Source: Candidatus Bathyarchaeota archaeon (GTDB taxonomy: Archaea > Thermoproteota > Bathyarchaeia > Bathyarchaeales > Bathyarchaeaceae). From it: a DNA stretch of 41,243 nucleotides. The stretch lies in the NCBI GenBank assembly GCA_037386325.1, contig JARRMB010000015.1:1-41243 (forward strand), written 5' to 3'. Position numbers and translations under genes: made by a program. The notes under the pieces were generated by a model. That model had not been told where the DNA came from. It ran no database searches and saw nothing but the letters and a program-made list of their open reading frames with translations. Below, in pieces: positions 37,209 through 41,243 of this stretch (its first letter is position 1; every line of letters begins with the position of its first letter).

Positions 37209-37799
37209 TTATCGGGTGGATTCAAGAAATTTATATATTTCTGAATCATAAAGGGAAGTTTCTTTGAAAGCCTCTATAGCCAATTTCTTTTTCGTTTTAA
37301 TACTAACTTCACCTTTCTCTTTGTATTCATTAAGAACTTCGTTGTATTTTTTGGAATTAACGATTATTGTTATGTTTGTAAAATTTTTTGCTGCAGCTCG
37401 AATCATATTAGGTCCACCTATGTCGATTCCATCAAGGTAAGAATCCATATCAATTTGTTTAATTCTTGAATAATAAATTGGATGAAGATTACAAACTACT
37501 AAATCAATAGGTCTTATTCCTAACTGCTTTAGTTTCTGTAAATGTTCTTTGTTATTTCTTAGAGCAAGTATTGCAGCAATTAATTTCGGATGTTCAGTTT
37601 TAATTCTTCCATCCAACATTTCACTAAATCCGGTAATATCTGAAACATGTTTAATTGCAGTAACCCCCGCTTTCTTTAGGGTATTAAAAGTTCCTTCAGT
37701 CGCTATTATTTCAAATCCAAGCTTCACAAGTTCTTGAGCAAAATAAATTATTCCAGTTTTATCATGAACGGAAATTAATGCATATTTCATTTTAACCAA
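37209..37799 (-). CDS. stand-alone MGS-like domain protein related to the PurH N-terminal IMP cyclohydrolase domain
   Basis: 196 aa: ALISVHDKTGII.FAQEL..LGFEIIATEGT...L..AGV.......ITGFSEMLDGRIKTEHP......L......DLVVCNLHP. This parallels PurH ALISVSDK.G...STGGT...TGFPE.LDGRVKTLHP...DLVVVNLYPF. No AICAR transformylase domain follows. Confidence 0.6.
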   Translation of the reverse strand: MVKMKYALISVHDKTGIIYFAQELVKLGFEIIATEGTFNTLKKAGVTAIKHVSDITGFSEMLDGRIKTEHPKLIAAILALRNNKEHLQKLKQLGIRPIDLVVCNLHPIYYSRIKQIDMDSYLDGIDIGGPNMIRAAAKNFTNITIIVNSKKYNEVLNEYKEKGEVSIKTKKKLAIEAFKETSLYDSEIYKFLESTR

Positions 37800-37864
37800 A
37801 CTTTTTTATTATAAAAAATGATCTAAAAAATTTGTGTTATTTATAAAAACTAGTTAGAAATATT

Positions 37865-38209
37865 CTAAAATCCATCTTGTTTAAGGTAATATCCATCCTC
37901 TTTTTTTGCGCCAAAGCTTCTAATACCTTTATTTTTCAGTTGTTTTCTGAGTTTCTTAGCTTGTATAGTGCTTATTTCTCTTCTTTTCTCTAAATAACAA
38001 ATTATCTCTTCTGCTTGTTCTATTTCATCACATCTACGAAGGTAATCGATGACATCAGGTGAATAACCATTAAATCGATTTGAAACTGCTTTTTCAGCAG
38101 AATTAGGATCAGAACGTACCGAATTAATTTTTGTTACACAAGAGTTACTGTGCATTTCTTCAGCTAATTTTGGAAACATTTTTCGAAATTTTTCTTTTTC
38201 TAAGTCCAT
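37865..38209 (-). CDS. conserved archaeal protein of unknown function (possibly DUF2095-like)
   Basis: 114-aa ORF: ...KFRKMFPKLAEEM...FNGYSPDVIDYLRRC...EEIICYLEKRREIS...KGIRSFGAKK. The family name is recalled from memory only. Confidence 0.45.
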   Translation of the reverse strand: MDLEKEKFRKMFPKLAEEMHSNSCVTKINSVRSDPNSAEKAVSNRFNGYSPDVIDYLRRCDEIEQAEEIICYLEKRREISTIQAKKLRKQLKNKGIRSFGAKKEDGYYLKQDGF

Positions 38210-38307
38210 CTTCAGATTTTTTCTCCTGATCCTTTTCGAGTAATTATATTTTACTAAATCTTAATCTCATATCGTTTATTTTGATTAAAAATATTTAGAG
38301 AATCGAA

Positions 38308-38964
38308 CTATTTATTTCTAACAATTTTCTGTTCTGGTAAAAACTTTTGAAGTGGATTTTCCTTAAGAATTCTTGAAAGTTGTTTAAGATTTAAACCTTT
38401 TTTAGTATCGCCATAAATTTCACATCTTTCCAATTCACCCAAGTGATCTAAACTTCGAACTGATACCTCTACAATATCATTGCTTGGAAGGATTATGTTT
38501 ATATGAAAAGACGACACGTTTTTGCCTTCTTTAGTTATTGACCGCCATTCTGAACTGTTAATTTCATATTTTTGTTTATGAAGTTTTTCAAGAATGTCTT
38601 GATTGTCCTGTGAAAAAGTTTGAATATCAATATCACTGTTTTGATGAACTGTTCCTCTCCATACACTGCCCACCAAACTCGGATTAAACATCTTAAGATG
38701 TTCCATTAACTCTTTGGCTTCCATTCGCATTCTTAGAAGTAATTCTTCTCTTTTAGTTCCCTCTCTTTCTTCAGACAATCTATCAATTTCTTGTGCAACT
38801 TCAAGGTTACTAGGAAAAACTCTGATACCTAAATTTAGCGAGGCTCTCTTCTTAGCTTGTTTATATTCCTTCTCTTGAGAAGTATAGAGTAATAATGCGG
38901 CTTCTTGTGCTACTTTATTTCTTAAAATTTTTGAACGATTGTCCTTCAAGTGATCCCTCAACAT
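38308..38964 (-). CDS. Pol-beta-superfamily nucleotidyltransferase-domain protein with an N-terminal helical extension
   Basis: 218 aa. The motif LVGSVWRGTVHQNSDIDIQ fits the G[SG]...D.D minimal NTase motif. Confidence 0.55.
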   Translation of the reverse strand: MLRDHLKDNRSKILRNKVAQEAALLLYTSQEKEYKQAKKRASLNLGIRVFPSNLEVAQEIDRLSEEREGTKREELLLRMRMEAKELMEHLKMFNPSLVGSVWRGTVHQNSDIDIQTFSQDNQDILEKLHKQKYEINSSEWRSITKEGKNVSSFHINIILPSNDIVEVSVRSLDHLGELERCEIYGDTKKGLNLKQLSRILKENPLQKFLPEQKIVRNK

Positions 38965-39062
38965 TATTAATTGCTATTTAATTGTCATTGATACATTTGG
39001 ATATTATTATCGTAGTTTAAAAGTAATAATTTTAGTTTCAAATAGATCGATAATTATTTGTC

Positions 39063-40517
39063 TTAATTCTTAGAAAAGAAGAGTCTTGTTTGCCCCATAG
39101 TCTTGATATCTAGAGCTCTAACTTTTACCATTACAGGAAGATCATTTACAACTTTTCCAATAAGAAGACAATAATGAGGAGGAAGATCCTGAGCTATAGA
39201 CTTAACAGTTTCAGAATCCACTCTAGCTGCTTTTGAAACAGTTTCCAAATCACGTTCATTTGAGAAATTAAAAACAAAAATACTATCAGCCTGTCTATAG
39301 ATATTTTCCTTTATTGTGTCAGGTTGATTTGTCACAAAATTGGTGAACAAACCGAAATGTCTCATACGTGTTATAATATCTTCCCAATATGTTTCTCGAA
39401 GGTAAAGATGAGCTTCTTCGGCAAATAAAAAAACGGATCTAAGTTTCCATTGACCTAAAAGATTAACTAGAGAACCAAGAATATATTCTAGTACTATCTG
39501 ACGATCTACAGCAGAAACATCTTTTAGATTTATTACAAAGATGCCTCCTTGGAGTTTGTTTTTCTCTAAAAGCCTCTCAAAGTTTGTTACTAATTCTTCA
39601 TTATCAGTAAAGAAACCTGAGTTCAAAATACTATAGAAACGGGAGAATAGAGCATCACGAACATGCATATTACAGTTACAATGTTTAATTGCTTCCCCAA
39701 GCGATTCAAGAGAGATTCTTCTTTGTTGGCACAAGGTTTTCCATATATTTTTAAATACTCTAGTCGAGGTCCCAGGAAGACCAAGGGCATTAATCATTAT
39801 CTTCAAAATTACACTTAACCCTATAGTGGATAGAGAAACCTTAAAATTGCTTCCTGGAGTGAGCACATTAACTCTATTTTTATAATTGTTATATCCTCCA
39901 TCAGTTGAAGTTCCTAAACCAGTATATTCACCATTAAGATCTAGAACTACTACTGTAGCATTGTAATCAACAAGACCCAAAACGAGTAATTTTGAAAGAT
40001 GAGATTTACCTGTTCCCTTCTTTCCGGTTATTATATTCAATCTTCCGTCAAGGTCATGAGCAGTTATTTCTAAAGATGATCCGTCTTTTGTTTTACCAAT
40101 GTTGATTGGAAGGTCTTTTTTTGTTCCACAAACCCCCAACAATGAAGTTATTGGAATTTTTGTTATTCCTGATTTTGAGCGACAAGGTAGCCACGAAGAA
40201 TTTGCTTGCAATACATCTTTAAAAATTGACCCTCTAATTTTGCAATTTAGAATCCTAGCATCTTGAATATTATTAATATGAGAGAAGATATTTAATGGAT
40301 CAAAATTTTCTCCTGAAAGTTGTTCTTCTGTTGTAGAATCGCGTAAGAGTTCTTCAAGAAGCCCCGGAATACTTGCAAATTGTACATCAATAACCTGTGT
40401 TACTAGTTTTTTATTGGCCATTATATCTTCAATTAGAAGGTAATCCCCTTTCTCCACATTATCGGTTGGAGAGCTGAGTATTTGAATATTATTTCCTTCT
40501 TTCTTATACAAACGCAC
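39063..40517 (-). CDS. herA: HerA-like FtsK/HerA-superfamily ATPase (DUF87)
   Basis: 484 aa. It has an N-terminal barrel-like region (GDYLLIED...VTQVIDV), Walker A ITGKKGTGKSH and Walker B-like VFLFAEEAH. GTG start lies 2 nt after the nurA-like stop. Confidence 0.7.
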   Translation of the reverse strand: MRLYKKEGNNIQILSSPTDNVEKGDYLLIEDIMANKKLVTQVIDVQFASIPGLLEELLRDSTTEEQLSGENFDPLNIFSHINNIQDARILNCKIRGSIFKDVLQANSSWLPCRSKSGITKIPITSLLGVCGTKKDLPINIGKTKDGSSLEITAHDLDGRLNIITGKKGTGKSHLSKLLVLGLVDYNATVVVLDLNGEYTGLGTSTDGGYNNYKNRVNVLTPGSNFKVSLSTIGLSVILKIMINALGLPGTSTRVFKNIWKTLCQQRRISLESLGEAIKHCNCNMHVRDALFSRFYSILNSGFFTDNEELVTNFERLLEKNKLQGGIFVINLKDVSAVDRQIVLEYILGSLVNLLGQWKLRSVFLFAEEAHLYLRETYWEDIITRMRHFGLFTNFVTNQPDTIKENIYRQADSIFVFNFSNERDLETVSKAARVDSETVKSIAQDLPPHYCLLIGKVVNDLPVMVKVRALDIKTMGQTRLFFSKN

Positions 40518-40519
40518 TT

Positions 40520-41243
40520 TTACTCTTCAGCTCCTTTTCCAAATGAACCAAACAAAATTTTCCGTACGTTTGGTCTATGAATAATCTTGAGTTTATATTG
40601 TTGAGAAATAAAACGTTGGATTCCAATCACTTCAGTAGCAGTAAATGTCGAATAAATATGTGCTAAACGCAAAGTTTCTGGATAACTTTGAATGAGAAGA
40701 TCACTTCCTATAAGATTCTGGACTGCAGTAATGGTTTGTTCTTGTGGAATCTTTTTGTCAATATCCAATCGGAATGAGCATATTCCGGGAGTTAATTTTG
40801 CGACATAAATATTTCCCAAAGAGAGAAATTGCCATAAAGAAGAGTCTAACCCATCTATTTCTAGGAGATAAGGTGGTATTGTACTCCCTGCATAATCAGT
40901 TAATTTTTGGCCAAAAAATCTTAAGGTTGTATTTTTGGAAAATGCAAGAACAGTATTTAGACGGTTTCTTGCAACATCTAAAATACGATTCAGTTCCTCT
41001 ACTGGACTATTAATCAATCCCGCTGTCATTGATCCATCCCAAAGTATTATTGCACCATATGTTGAGCTTGATATTCCAAGTTGTAGCCATCGTTCCAACA
41101 AATTGCCCATTTTGTTTTGCATACTGAATATATTTGATTCAGATAATTCGAAGTAATTATTTCTAAAAAGTTTGTGAATTTCTTTTTTGTTTTGTTCAGT
41201 TATGTGAAATGGAAAGGGGCCAATTCTTTGATACGTATATTTT
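40520..41243 (-). CDS. nurA: NurA-like nuclease (N-terminus probably beyond the window edge)
   Basis: AIILWDGSM (DGS catalytic-Asp motif) and C-terminal SYPETLRLAHIYS resemble NurA motifs. I checked codon by codon that the frame stays open from 41123 to the window end. The 200 aa in the track is therefore a minimum. Confidence 0.5.
   Translation of the reverse strand, partial: KYTYQRIGPFPFHITEQNKKEIHKLFRNNYFELSESNIFSMQNKMGNLLERWLQLGISSSTYGAIILWDGSMTAGLINSPVEELNRILDVARNRLNTVLAFSKNTTLRFFGQKLTDYAGSTIPPYLLEIDGLDSSLWQFLSLGNIYVAKLTPGICSFRLDIDKKIPQEQTITAVQNLIGSDLLIQSYPETLRLAHIYSTFTATEVIGIQRFISQQYKLKIIHRPNVRKILFGSFGKGAEE

Noticed and set aside
1437-41156. Many ORF-track entries lie antisense to, or out of frame within, well-supported genes. 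Examples are 1437-1661, 1870-2061, 4492-4770, 4792-4980, 6713-6928, 7063-7374, 8412-8834, 9037-9228 and 11835-12209. Others are 13396-13728, 14406-14630, 15792-15977, 17547-17756, 18097-18330, 19481-19696, 23079-23315, 24490-24681 and 24610-25022. The remainder are 25121-25315, 25583-25843, 26128-26638, 27316-27519, 28296-29051, 30788-31432, 32476-32701, 33465-33683, 33823-34299, 34729-34959, 35035-35318, 37549-37737 and 40744-41156.
   Set aside because: Each overlaps a gene with clear family motifs on the other strand or frame. Their translations are low-complexity (F/I/L/S/K-rich), as expected for shadow ORFs in AT-rich DNA.
1-41243. Mobile elements, prophage, CRISPR-Cas, toxin-antitoxin or restriction-modification islands
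   Set aside because: No transposase, integrase, Cas, capsid, terminase or methyltransferase-like ORFs and no repeat arrays were seen. The content is housekeeping apart from the items flagged.

Overview
Visibly AT-rich archaeal chromosomal segment. Archaeal markers are aRF1, RpoP, deoxyhypusine synthase, Taw1/TYW1, an LSm protein and a BHB-intron tRNA. The lineage cannot be assigned from sequence alone. I support about 48 features. They include a surface-glycan locus (pyruvyl transferase, DegT aminotransferase, LbH acetyltransferase, GT2, UDP-sugar 6-dehydrogenase) and translation or RNA genes (rpoP, dys, taw1, cysS, thiI, valS, aRF1, LSm, Rio2, tRNA-Leu(CAA) with a 19-nt intron). Central metabolism is represented by pdaD, ahcY, pyrH, pyk, an ADP-forming acyl-CoA synthetase alpha subunit and a PfkB kinase. 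There are three MBL-fold nucleases, a TPP riboswitch controlling a ThiT-like transporter plus a PurM/HypE-superfamily gene, and a nurA-herA operon at the right edge. I saw no CRISPR array, transposase, integrase or obvious defence island. I cannot point to a convincing new multi-gene system. The most unusual observations are three. (1) Five otherwise well-conserved genes, including essential valS, are frame-disrupted, and four of them also lack conserved internal residues. This is either an assembly artefact or real decay or splitting. (2) The archaeal TPP riboswitch has an SD-like GGAGGG inside the aptamer 3' end, and the only canonical in-frame start of thiT lies in aptamer loop L5. (3) A GC-richer structured intergenic element lies upstream of valS. 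All family calls rest on motifs recalled from memory and need HMM or BLAST confirmation.
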